Assembly: GCA_963790475.1 (NCBI GenBank) | Contig: CAWBOS010000012.1 | Coordinates: 576,001-640,000, forward strand | Reading direction: 5' to 3' | DNA: 64,000 bases | Source: an uncultured delta proteobacterium | GTDB taxonomy: Bacteria; Desulfobacterota; RBG-13-43-22 | Shown: positions 19,492 to 27,702 of the stretch, piece after piece | How positions within the stretch are numbered: position 1 is the first letter of the stretch | Layout of the letters: each line of letters begins with the position of its first letter | Made by a program: the position numbers and the translations under genes | Notes under the pieces: generated by a model | Seen by the model: only the letters and a program-made list of their open reading frames with translations | Told to the model about the DNA's origin: nothing | The model's database searches: none

Positions 19492-20661
19492 ATGGATATT
19501 AAGATCTTGTTTCTATTGAGTTTGGCCCACCTGGTTACTGATATCAATCAAGGGGCCGTCCCCGCCCTTCTGCCTTTTATGAAAGAGGCTTTGGGACTCT
19601 CTTACACCGCCGCCGGGATGGTACTCCTGGCCTCAAATATGACCTCTTCGATTATTCAGCCGCTATTCGGGCTTTTTTCAGACCGTCGCCCGAAGGTCTG
19701 GTTGATTCCCCTGGGGGTTTTGGTGGCCGGACTGGGGATCGGCTTCTCCGGGTTATCTCCGAACTATGGGGTCCTTCTTTTGTCGGTCATTATGGGCGGA
19801 TTAGGGGTGGCTGCTTTTCATCCGGAAGGATTTAAAACCGCCCATTTTTTTATCGGTCAAAAAAAGGCTTCGGGCATGTCCATCTTTTCCGTTGGAGGAA
19901 ACCTGGGATTTGCTTTAGGACCCTTTACCCTTGCCCTGGTGGTTACCCATTTTTCCCTGGCGGGAACCCTTTTTTATTGTCTACCGGGTATATTCATGGC
20001 CGGCTTCCTCCTTTTCCTTAGGTCATCTTTGCGCTACCCTGCCCCTGTAATACAAAAAGACCAGGATTTAACCAACCCAAATTCGCTTGTGTCTTACAGT
20101 AAACTGACCTTACTGATCCTTATTGTCACCATGAGATCTTGGATACAAATGGGACTGGTAACCTTTATTCCATTTTATTATATCAACCATTTAAAGGGAG
20201 ATCCCCTGCTGGCCGGCAAAATGGTCACCACTTTTCTGATATCTGGAACCGCAGGAACCCTTTTGGGAGCCCGTCTGGCGGACCGCTGGGGACACAAGTT
20301 CTTCCTATCCCTGACCATGCTGCTTATGATTCCCCTCCTGATCCTCTTTCTTCAAGTCCAGGGATGGGGGGCTTTCCTTGTCCTGGCTTTGTCCGGATTC
20401 GTTTTGATCGCCAGTTTTTCCGTCACAGTGGTCATGGCTCAGGATCTTTTACCCGGCAGGTTGGGTGTGGCCTCGGGTTTGATGGTCGGGTTTGCCATCG
20501 GGACCGGTGGATTAGGGGTAACCCTGCTGGGTCTGGTGGCCGATACCTGGGGAGTGCCGGCAGCCTTACAGACCATGATGGTCATGCCCATTATGGGTTT
20601 CTTGTTTTGTTTGTTTTTACCCTCCGCTTCCTTTCATCAAGCTAAAGATTGGCAGGGTTAA
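19492..20661 (+). CDS. MFS transporter, Fsr (fosmidomycin resistance)-like
   Basis: AHLVTD, IQPLFGLFSDR, AAFHPE, GGNLG, GARLADRWG; about 12 TM helices. Confidence 0.85.
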   Translation: MDIKILFLLSLAHLVTDINQGAVPALLPFMKEALGLSYTAAGMVLLASNMTSSIIQPLFGLFSDRRPKVWLIPLGVLVAGLGIGFSGLSPNYGVLLLSVIMGGLGVAAFHPEGFKTAHFFIGQKKASGMSIFSVGGNLGFALGPFTLALVVTHFSLAGTLFYCLPGIFMAGFLLFLRSSLRYPAPVIQKDQDLTNPNSLVSYSKLTLLILIVTMRSWIQMGLVTFIPFYYINHLKGDPLLAGKMVTTFLISGTAGTLLGARLADRWGHKFFLSLTMLLMIPLLILFLQVQGWGAFLVLALSGFVLIASFSVTVVMAQDLLPGRLGVASGLMVGFAIGTGGLGVTLLGLVADTWGVPAALQTMMVMPIMGFLFCLFLPSASFHQAKDWQG

Positions 20662-20863
20662 TCCTAAGAAGGTTTCAAAAGTCAAGTGGGCTCTTGCCTT
20701 TTTGATCGTGAAGCACTTTGATGAATTTTTCGATTTCAGACCATTCCTAAAATTGACCGGATATAAAGAAAAAACAACTTAACGGGTTGAAAATTAATTG
20801 TTGAGAGATTATTTATCATCTATAATAAGTGGAGTGAAATCTAAAAAGGTTAGGAGAAGATTG

Positions 20864-21256
20864 ATGAAATCAAAAGTTTCTTTACTGGTAATCTTTGGAT
20901 TGCTTTTGGTCTTCCTTGGGGGATGTGGCGGGACTTACAGTGGAACTTCCAATTATTTGTCAATTGCGGGTACATGGACCAAGGATGATGCCCTTTCAAC
21001 AGGAGACGGCTCTACTTTGCCGGAGCAAATGACTTTCACTGAAAACGGATATGGAAGTTCCTCGGGAGGTGTCTATGCGGCTGCCCTATTTTACTGGACT
21101 TATCAGGGTACCACGTTAGCTTTCTACCACGCTACACAAATAGGGCAGAAAGACACGACGACATTTTTAGTGCTCACCGCACCTTTGGTCGGTACGGTGG
21201 TAAGTCCGCTAATTTTGACAACCTCCACTGGGGGAACAGCCACCTATAACCGTTGA
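20864..21256 (+). CDS. Hypothetical lipoprotein, possibly lipocalin-like beta-barrel
   Basis: AGGAG RBS, MKSK start, lipobox LGGC, IAGTW motif, Thr/Gly-rich. Confidence 0.6.
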   Translation: MKSKVSLLVIFGLLLVFLGGCGGTYSGTSNYLSIAGTWTKDDALSTGDGSTLPEQMTFTENGYGSSSGGVYAAALFYWTYQGTTLAFYHATQIGQKDTTTFLVLTAPLVGTVVSPLILTTSTGGTATYNR

Positions 21257-21332
21257 TTGTGTCTATTCTGGTGAGGTTAGTAAAGAAACAATATCCAGAG
21301 CCTCAGGAGCAAACCAACCAGCGCTCAGGGGA

Positions 21333-21393
21333 GACTAACCATTAGAGTTGCAGGCGGCCAGCCCGCGGCCGCCGCTGAGCTCAAACATTGAAT
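21333..21393 (+). mobile_element. Degenerate integron attC-like recombination site
   Basis: GACTAAC-catta-GAGTTGCAG-GC-rich stem-CTGAGCTC-aaac-ATTGAAT; 61 bp imperfect palindrome; R' has ATT instead of GTT. Confidence 0.55.
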
Positions 21394-21415
21394 CATCGTG
21401 CCAATTGGGGTGAAA

Positions 21416-21881
21416 ATGGACGAAGAAAAGCTTCTGAAAGCTAATGAAGAACTAAGAGAATTGCGGAAGCCGATACAGAATGTCAATATTAGACATAAGG
21501 AAAGTCTTAGTGCCTTAGAAAAGATTGCCGTCAAAGTTACCGACCATGTTGGCTCAATGGAGTTTTTCTTAATAATATTTCTATGGACCTTATTATGGCT
21601 TGGTTGGAATACTTTGGCGCCAAAAAGTTTACGGTTTGATCCTTTTCCTGCCTTCGTTTTGTGGCTTTTTATCTCCAATTATGATTCAGATATTCTTAAT
21701 GCCTTTGATCATGATCGGTCAAAATCTCCAAGGCCGTCATGCCGAAAAAAGAGCAGAGTCGGACTTCAATGTAAACGTAAGGGCGGAAAAAGAGATTGAA
21801 GTTATACTCCTTCATCTGGCCAATCAGAATGAACTTGTTTTGAAAATTCTTGAAAATGTCGAGAAAAGAAAAAATAGCTAA
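21416..21881 (+). pseudogene. DUF1003-family membrane protein with a +1 frameshift
   Basis: VGSMEFF...FDPFPAFVLWLFISN continues as MIQIFLMPLIMIGQNLQGRHAE in another frame; extra T in ATCTCCAATTATG at ~21680. Confidence 0.75.
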
Positions 21882-22248
21882 AAGACTAAAGGGAACATTG
21901 GCTAAATTTTAAGACCTTTTAGAACCCAACTGCCTCCACTTGACCATGAGGAAAATTCCCAACATAGTAATCCCGCCGATCGTTCGCAGTTCCAGATAAT
22001 TTCTGCCCCAAAGTAACAATGGGGGGCGGTTTATCCATTCGAATCTAAAAACACATCACGCCATACGAAACCATAAATAAAAGAGACCCATCAATCTTTT
22101 ACAAGATGTCATCTTTTTTTTACACCTCTAACTCTCAAAGTTTCAAGAGAAGGTTAATCATGCTATCGGGAATTGACCGTATAGTTGTAAGTTGTTATTA
22201 TAACTTAATTTTTTAATTACAAAATCCGAAAAGATTTATCCGGGCCTC

Positions 22249-22263
22249 TGGCATGGATATTGC
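22249..22263 (+). promoter_or_regulatory. sigma54 (-24/-12) promoter
   Basis: TGGCATGGATATTGC matches TGGCAC-N5-TTGC with GG-N10-GC spacing; AT-rich tract and TGT-N12-ACA-like sequence upstream. Confidence 0.8.
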
Positions 22264-22335
22264 GTGCTTTTTATCACAAGGAAAGGGAATGCCCTTGGGG
22301 TTTAATTCACCTTTAATAATCTAAGGAGGATGTCA

Positions 22336-22632
22336 ATGCAAGGATTGTGGAAAAAATTAGTGTTTCTGGCCGGGATGGGGCTCTTATTAATCCCAGAGCT
22401 TGCCCTGGCCTCGGGAGAAGGGTCTGATTTAATCGTTATTGTGGCCGATACCCGCCGATTAACCGGGTGGGAGGCCTGGTGGGCTAACCTTTACAATGAA
22501 AGCCATGCTTACTTTACCGCTGTGACGGTTGTCACAATTCCCTTGGTCGGCTTGATCCTTGGGTTATCTGCCGATTTTGTGATGAAAAGGATCGGGATCG
22601 ACCTGTCTTCCAGGGAACTGTCGGAACATTAA
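22336..22632 (+). CDS. Small membrane protein, DVU0150-like family
   Basis: Signal-like N-terminus, IVIVADTRRL, WWANLYNESH, GIDLSSRELSEH; GGAGG RBS. Confidence 0.75.
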   Translation: MQGLWKKLVFLAGMGLLLIPELALASGEGSDLIVIVADTRRLTGWEAWWANLYNESHAYFTAVTVVTIPLVGLILGLSADFVMKRIGIDLSSRELSEH

Positions 22633-22752
22633 TAAGAAGAAATCGATTGGTGTTGCGTTTTAATCGTTCGGCTAAGTATTTCCAAAAGTAAGCGTCCCTC
22701 AAGGGGAAAACGTCATATCAAGATAAGATTCATTTGGTAAGGAGGATATAAT

Positions 22753-23802
22753 ATGGATTGGTTATACGTTATAATGCCTATTTCCGGAGTAACGATATTC
22801 TGGCCAGGCTTAATCATCCTGGGATTAGGAGTCGGAATAATCGGTGGTTTCTTTGGAATGGGTGGGGCCTGGATGGTGACCCCGGGGCTTAATATCCTCG
22901 GTTTTCCCATGGCCTTTGCCATTGGGACCGATGCGGCTCACATGGCCGGGAAATCCCTGATATCGACCCTTCGTCATGGTAAATTCGGGAATGTCGATTA
23001 TAAATTAGGATTCATCATGCTCATCGGCACTATCATCGGGATTGAGATCGGGGCCCAAATGATCATGTGGTTTGAACGTCTGGGCAAGGTGGATTTATAT
23101 GTTCGATGGTTATACGTTATTTTGTTGACCTTGATCGCCTGGATGGTCTTTACCGATGTATTTAAGAAACGAAAGAAAGAGAATGAACTCAGGGCGGCGG
23201 GGCAAGAGTTGGATAATATGGCTACAGGCATTGAATGGCACAAGACCATGCACAAAATAAAGATCCCCCCGATGGTCCATTTCAAAACAGCCCAGATTTA
23301 TTGTACCGCCTGGCTGCCGATCTTTGTCAGTTTTTTAACCGGCTGGCTGGCCGGGATCCTGGGTATCGGCGGAGGGCTTATCCGCATGCCCGCCTTGATT
23401 TATTTTATCGGGGCCCCAACTCACATTGCTGTCGGGACCGATCTGTTTGAAGTGATGATTTCCGGTCTGTATGAGGCCGGCACTTTTACCTTTAAAGGTC
23501 GAACCGAACTTTTGGCCGCCTTGATCATGCTAATCGGAGCGGCTGTCGGGGCTCAGGTCGGAACCGTAGCCACCAAATACATCAAAGGGTACGGGATCCG
23601 AATCGCCTTTGGGTTGGCGGTCATCGGCTGTGAAATTTCAGTCATTATGAAACTTCTGCCCAAGTATGTGCCGGCTTGGAAAGGATGGCTGGACCCTTCG
23701 GCGACCGTTCTGGTCCTGGGATTGGTCAGCGCCTTATCCCTCTATATTCTAGTCAAGATGATTCAGGGGGCCAAACAAGAGCTGGCCATGAAGAAAAGAT
23801 AG
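22753..23802 (+). CDS. TauE/SafE (TSUP) family transporter, DVU0149-like
   Basis: Duplicated Gly-rich motifs GFFGMGGAW and GILGIGGGL; AIGTD and AVGTDL. Confidence 0.88.
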   Translation: MDWLYVIMPISGVTIFWPGLIILGLGVGIIGGFFGMGGAWMVTPGLNILGFPMAFAIGTDAAHMAGKSLISTLRHGKFGNVDYKLGFIMLIGTIIGIEIGAQMIMWFERLGKVDLYVRWLYVILLTLIAWMVFTDVFKKRKKENELRAAGQELDNMATGIEWHKTMHKIKIPPMVHFKTAQIYCTAWLPIFVSFLTGWLAGILGIGGGLIRMPALIYFIGAPTHIAVGTDLFEVMISGLYEAGTFTFKGRTELLAALIMLIGAAVGAQVGTVATKYIKGYGIRIAFGLAVIGCEISVIMKLLPKYVPAWKGWLDPSATVLVLGLVSALSLYILVKMIQGAKQELAMKKR

Positions 23803-23816
23803 GAAAGAGGTGATTT

Positions 23817-24425
23817 ATGAAAAAAAGCTATTGGATAATCGCACTGGCGTTGATACCGATCATGATAACCCTCGGCTGTGGAAAGTTGGGCAAAGTGGAC
23901 CAAGGAAGGGTTATTCAATTCGATAAAAACAAAAAGACGGTAACTTTGATCCGGGATAAAAGTGCCGATCCCCAAAACCCGGAGTACAGTTATCTTCCAC
24001 CCATGACCTATACCCTCCCCGTTGATCCCCAGGAAATGGGGCCCGACCCGAAGGTCGGATTAAGAATGAAACTGGATATCCAGAATAAGCAGATTGTAAT
24101 TTTCGATACCGGGGCTCAAAATTTCAAAACCATTCAATATACCCTGGTGGATCAAAAGGAAAAAATTACCAAAGACGACCCGTTGGTCTTTGATAAAGAT
24201 AAGGATAAACCCAAAAAATTCCCGGTTATTGATCGGGAAAACAAGACGATAACTATTTATTCCAAAAGACAACAAACCCTGATCACCTTTTCCCTCCCCG
24301 ACGAATATTTCGTCTTGCCGGACTATACCTGGGATTCCGGGGACGAGGTTCGTATTTATTACAAGGAAGAAGGAAAGGCCAAGAGGTTTATGAACGTAAC
24401 TAAAACGGATATATTTAAAAAATAG
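23817..24425 (+). CDS. Lipoprotein, DUF4881/DVU0148-like
   Basis: Lipobox TLGC; GKVDQGRVI and GDEVRIYYKE motifs; operon position. Confidence 0.7.
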   Translation: MKKSYWIIALALIPIMITLGCGKLGKVDQGRVIQFDKNKKTVTLIRDKSADPQNPEYSYLPPMTYTLPVDPQEMGPDPKVGLRMKLDIQNKQIVIFDTGAQNFKTIQYTLVDQKEKITKDDPLVFDKDKDKPKKFPVIDRENKTITIYSKRQQTLITFSLPDEYFVLPDYTWDSGDEVRIYYKEEGKAKRFMNVTKTDIFKK

Positions 24426-24609
24426 GCATGAAGCGTGAGGCACGAAGCATAAAGAATAAGGAACAGGTTTGGGGTTTGAGGTGCAAGGTTTAAGGTCTAA
24501 AAAAGATAGGAAAGGATTGAAGATAGGTTATTGCCTTGAACCTTTTGCTTTTTTATCGTGGCCTTTCGCCTCTCGCCTGTTGCCCCTTGCCTACAGCCTA
24601 TTGCCACCG
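24424..24609. repeat. Degenerate heptamer tandem arrays in inverted arrangement
   Basis: A(G/A)GCnnn x4, AGGTnnn x5, then GCCnnnn x7 (gcctttc gcctctc gcctgtt gcccctt gcctaca gcctatt gccaccg). Confidence 0.75.
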
Positions 24610-24617
24610 AATTATTA

Positions 24618-25403
24618 ATGGACCTAAAACAGACGGCAACCTGGAGTCGATGGGCAGGAAGAATAGGATCTTTTCTATGTATCCTTCTTTTTCTGGTTAT
24701 TATCGATGCCCTGGTTTCAAGATTCAGAGAGCCCCATAACCGATTTTCCGGTTTGCCGGGGGACCGCATAGCCGTCAGCGGTCCCCTGGCGGAAAAAATA
24801 GAACAGGTCGGGGAGTTGACCTATCGAACCAATTCCCCGGATATTCAGCTTGAGTTTGATGCCATACAGACCGGCTTCTGGTTGGGGGGGTATCTCTGGA
24901 ATGGTTATTTGAGCATCGGGCCCCGCACTCGCCCCGGTGGATACCAACTGACGGTTCAGAATAAGAAGACCCAGTCCGAGAAATCGCCTTCTCTTTTCCA
25001 AATCGAAGTGTATAATGACCGAAGGGAATTTCAGCGAAATTCAAAATCTTTTTTGGTGAGTTCGCTTGGAATTTATCCCTGGCAGGCAGGTCTCTTCTTA
25101 ATCCCCTTTATTGCCTTTACCTTTGGGGGTGTTTTTTACCTTTCTCATAAAACGGAAGGCCTTTTGGCTGAACAAGGGAAAGCCGAAGTATATCGAGTCA
25201 GGAAAGGGGAGACCGGTTATGAGATTTTCTTTGGACTCGGGCGGAAACAGGGGATCCGACCGGGAAACCGCCTTATCCTCTCCAATAGCCAGGGGAAAGA
25301 GATCGGATCGGTATCCGTTGAGGAAGTCTTTGAAGGCCATTCAACCGCTCGGGTAGATTTTGGGCTGACTATTCAGCCGGGATTCATTATTTCGCGATCA
25401 TAA
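24618..25403 (+). CDS. Hypothetical membrane protein (TM - soluble beta domain - TM - small C-terminal domain)
   Basis: Start reassigned to MDLKQ; two hydrophobic helices; GFWLGGYLWNG motif; inside the operon. Confidence 0.7.
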   Translation: MDLKQTATWSRWAGRIGSFLCILLFLVIIDALVSRFREPHNRFSGLPGDRIAVSGPLAEKIEQVGELTYRTNSPDIQLEFDAIQTGFWLGGYLWNGYLSIGPRTRPGGYQLTVQNKKTQSEKSPSLFQIEVYNDRREFQRNSKSFLVSSLGIYPWQAGLFLIPFIAFTFGGVFYLSHKTEGLLAEQGKAEVYRVRKGETGYEIFFGLGRKQGIRPGNRLILSNSQGKEIGSVSVEEVFEGHSTARVDFGLTIQPGFIISRS

Positions 25404-25417
25404 AGAATATTTAACTT

Positions 25418-27070
25418 ATGGAAGAAAAACACTACAAAAAATTATGGCTTAAAATCATCTCTACCACCCTCGGTTTTTCATTAATCCCCCTGATTGTCTT
25501 AGGGGTTACCATCTATTACCAGTTCAGCGTTTCTTACTCCGCCAAAATTTATGAAAACTTGAAAACCTTGGCCGAAAACCGGCGCAGCGCCCTTGATCTT
25601 TTCTTCGATGAACGGGTCTCCCAATTGGCTACCATCGCCCATACCCATTCCCTGAAGCAATTGGGTGACGAGTCCTACCTAAATAAATTATTTGATACCA
25701 TGCAAACCCGCTCCAAATCCTATATTGATATTGGAATCATCGACCAGGAAGGCAATCATCTGGCTTATATCGGTCCCTATCCGGAATTGAAAGAGGTCAA
25801 TTATAAAAAAGAAGACTGGTTTCAATCGGCCATGTCCGGCGGGGTTTATATCAGCGATGTTTTCCTGGGCTATCGAAAATTTCCCCATTTCATCATTGCC
25901 ATCATGAGCCGGGAAAAAGACAAAAGCTGGATCCTCCGAGCGACCATCAATTCCGACATCATCGATAGTATCGTCCGGGCGGCCCAAATCGGGAAAAAGG
26001 GAGATGCTTTTATTATTAACAAAAGGAATATCCTCCAGACCGCCCCTCGTTTCAGCGGCGACCTTTTCGGGTTTCCCAAATCTCCGGATTTTTCCAAAAT
26101 CGTTGAGCCCCAGGTGGAATCAATAAAAATCGATGGTAACCCCGGTCTCTTTGCCGCCACGCAACTTATCAACACCAATTGGATTCTGGTGGTCAAAGAA
26201 GACCCTAGAGAACAGTTGACCCCTCTGCTCCGGGCCCGAACGATCGCCGGTTTTCTTTTTTTGGGAGGGATCCTGTTGATTGTCATCGGGGCCTTCTTAT
26301 CAACCCGCTCTATGATGCAGCAATTGATCCGGGTCGATCGGGAAAAGGCGGTCAGCGAGGACATGGTGATCCAGTCCAGCAAAATGGCCGCTCTCGGTAA
26401 AATGGCAGCCGGTATTGCCCATGAGATCAATAATCCCCTGGCGGTTATCGGAGAAAAAGCCGGCTGGATCAAAGACCTGTTGGCTGAAGAAGATCTGGCA
26501 AAAAATGAAAACTTTAAAGAGTTCGAAGATGCAGTTAAAAGAATCGAGCACCATGTGGAACGGGCCAAAAAAGTGACTCACCGTCTCCTTGGCTTTGCCC
26601 GAAGGATGGAGCCAACCCTGGAACAGGTGGATATCAACAAAACCTTAAACGAGACGGTTGATTTTCTGGAAAATGAATCCAGATTCCGGAATATCGATAT
26701 CCAGATAGATCCCAAGAACAGCCTTCCCACCATTATGAGCGACTCCTCCCAGTTACAGCAGGTCTTTCTGAATATCATTAATAATGCTATCGACGCCATT
26801 GGAAAAGGTGGGGAGATCGTCATCCGGACCACCCATCTTCCCTTGAACAACGAAATCATGATCGAGATCACCGATAATGGACCGGGAATCCCCAAGGAAA
26901 ACCTGGGAAAGATTTTTGACCCCTTTTTCACCACCAAAGAGGTGGGTAAAGGAACGGGATTAGGGCTTTCGATTGTCTACAGCATTATTGAAAAATTGGG
27001 AGGCCGGATCATGGTGGCCAGCGAAGAGGGCCAAGGCACGACTTTCACTATTTATCTGCCCGTTAAATAA
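25418..27070 (+). CDS. Sensor histidine kinase (Cache-type periplasmic domain, NtrB-like core)
   Basis: Two TM helices; H-box IAHEINNPL; N-box NIINNAIDA; DNGPG; FDPFFTTK; GTGLGL. Confidence 0.92.
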   Translation: MEEKHYKKLWLKIISTTLGFSLIPLIVLGVTIYYQFSVSYSAKIYENLKTLAENRRSALDLFFDERVSQLATIAHTHSLKQLGDESYLNKLFDTMQTRSKSYIDIGIIDQEGNHLAYIGPYPELKEVNYKKEDWFQSAMSGGVYISDVFLGYRKFPHFIIAIMSREKDKSWILRATINSDIIDSIVRAAQIGKKGDAFIINKRNILQTAPRFSGDLFGFPKSPDFSKIVEPQVESIKIDGNPGLFAATQLINTNWILVVKEDPREQLTPLLRARTIAGFLFLGGILLIVIGAFLSTRSMMQQLIRVDREKAVSEDMVIQSSKMAALGKMAAGIAHEINNPLAVIGEKAGWIKDLLAEEDLAKNENFKEFEDAVKRIEHHVERAKKVTHRLLGFARRMEPTLEQVDINKTLNETVDFLENESRFRNIDIQIDPKNSLPTIMSDSSQLQQVFLNIINNAIDAIGKGGEIVIRTTHLPLNNEIMIEITDNGPGIPKENLGKIFDPFFTTKEVGKGTGLGLSIVYSIIEKLGGRIMVASEEGQGTTFTIYLPVK

Positions 27071-27306
27071 TTTTGACCGTATACAAAGTAATATCCAAGA
27101 ATCCCGGGCCGAGGGGCCCTCTTTCCGGGAGTTTTCCAGAAGGCAATCCCAAGCCCCATCCCGGCCTAAAAGATAAGTTAACAGGAAATAGGGCATTCTT
27201 GCTGAACCCGTTTCCGGCTTTGGTGTAGGCTTGCGCTCGAAAAAAATGAAGTTGCGCCCCGGCGAAGAAACTCAGGGCCTAAGGATGGACAACCATAAGG
27301 AGGGTT

Positions 27307-27702
27307 ATGACTGAGAATTTTAATATTTTAATAGTGGATGATGAAGAAGATTTTCGGGTAACCTTGGTTAAGAGGCTGCAAAAACGCAACCAGCAGGTCT
27401 TTGGTGCTGAAAGCGGTCAAAAGGCCCTGACCCTTATGGAGGCCATGGTCTTTGATGTCGTTGTTCTGGATGTCAAAATGCCGGGAATGGACGGGATAGA
27501 AACCATCCGGGAAATGAAGAAAAAAAATCCCTTAACGGAAGTGATCCTGCTCACCGGCCATGCCTCAATGGAATCAGGGATAGAAGGAATGAAATTAGGG
27601 GCCTTTGATTACGTTATGAAGCCGGTAAATATTGATGAGCTTTTGGAAAAAATCCGACAGGCCTATGAAAGAAAACGGGTTCAAGAGGAGGAGAGGGAAT
27701 AA
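27307..27702 (+). CDS. Single-domain response regulator (REC only)
   Basis: ILIVDDE, LDVKMPGMDG, LTGH, YVMKP. Confidence 0.9.
   Translation: MTENFNILIVDDEEDFRVTLVKRLQKRNQQVFGAESGQKALTLMEAMVFDVVVLDVKMPGMDGIETIREMKKKNPLTEVILLTGHASMESGIEGMKLGAFDYVMKPVNIDELLEKIRQAYERKRVQEEERE

Noticed and set aside
24424-24609. Possible CRISPR array
   Set aside because: Units are 7 nt and degenerate, with no 25-40 nt repeats, unique spacers or cas genes
27221-27235. sigma54-like TGGTGTAGGCTTGC upstream of the REC gene
   Set aside because: GG-to-GC spacing is 9 nt rather than the required 10
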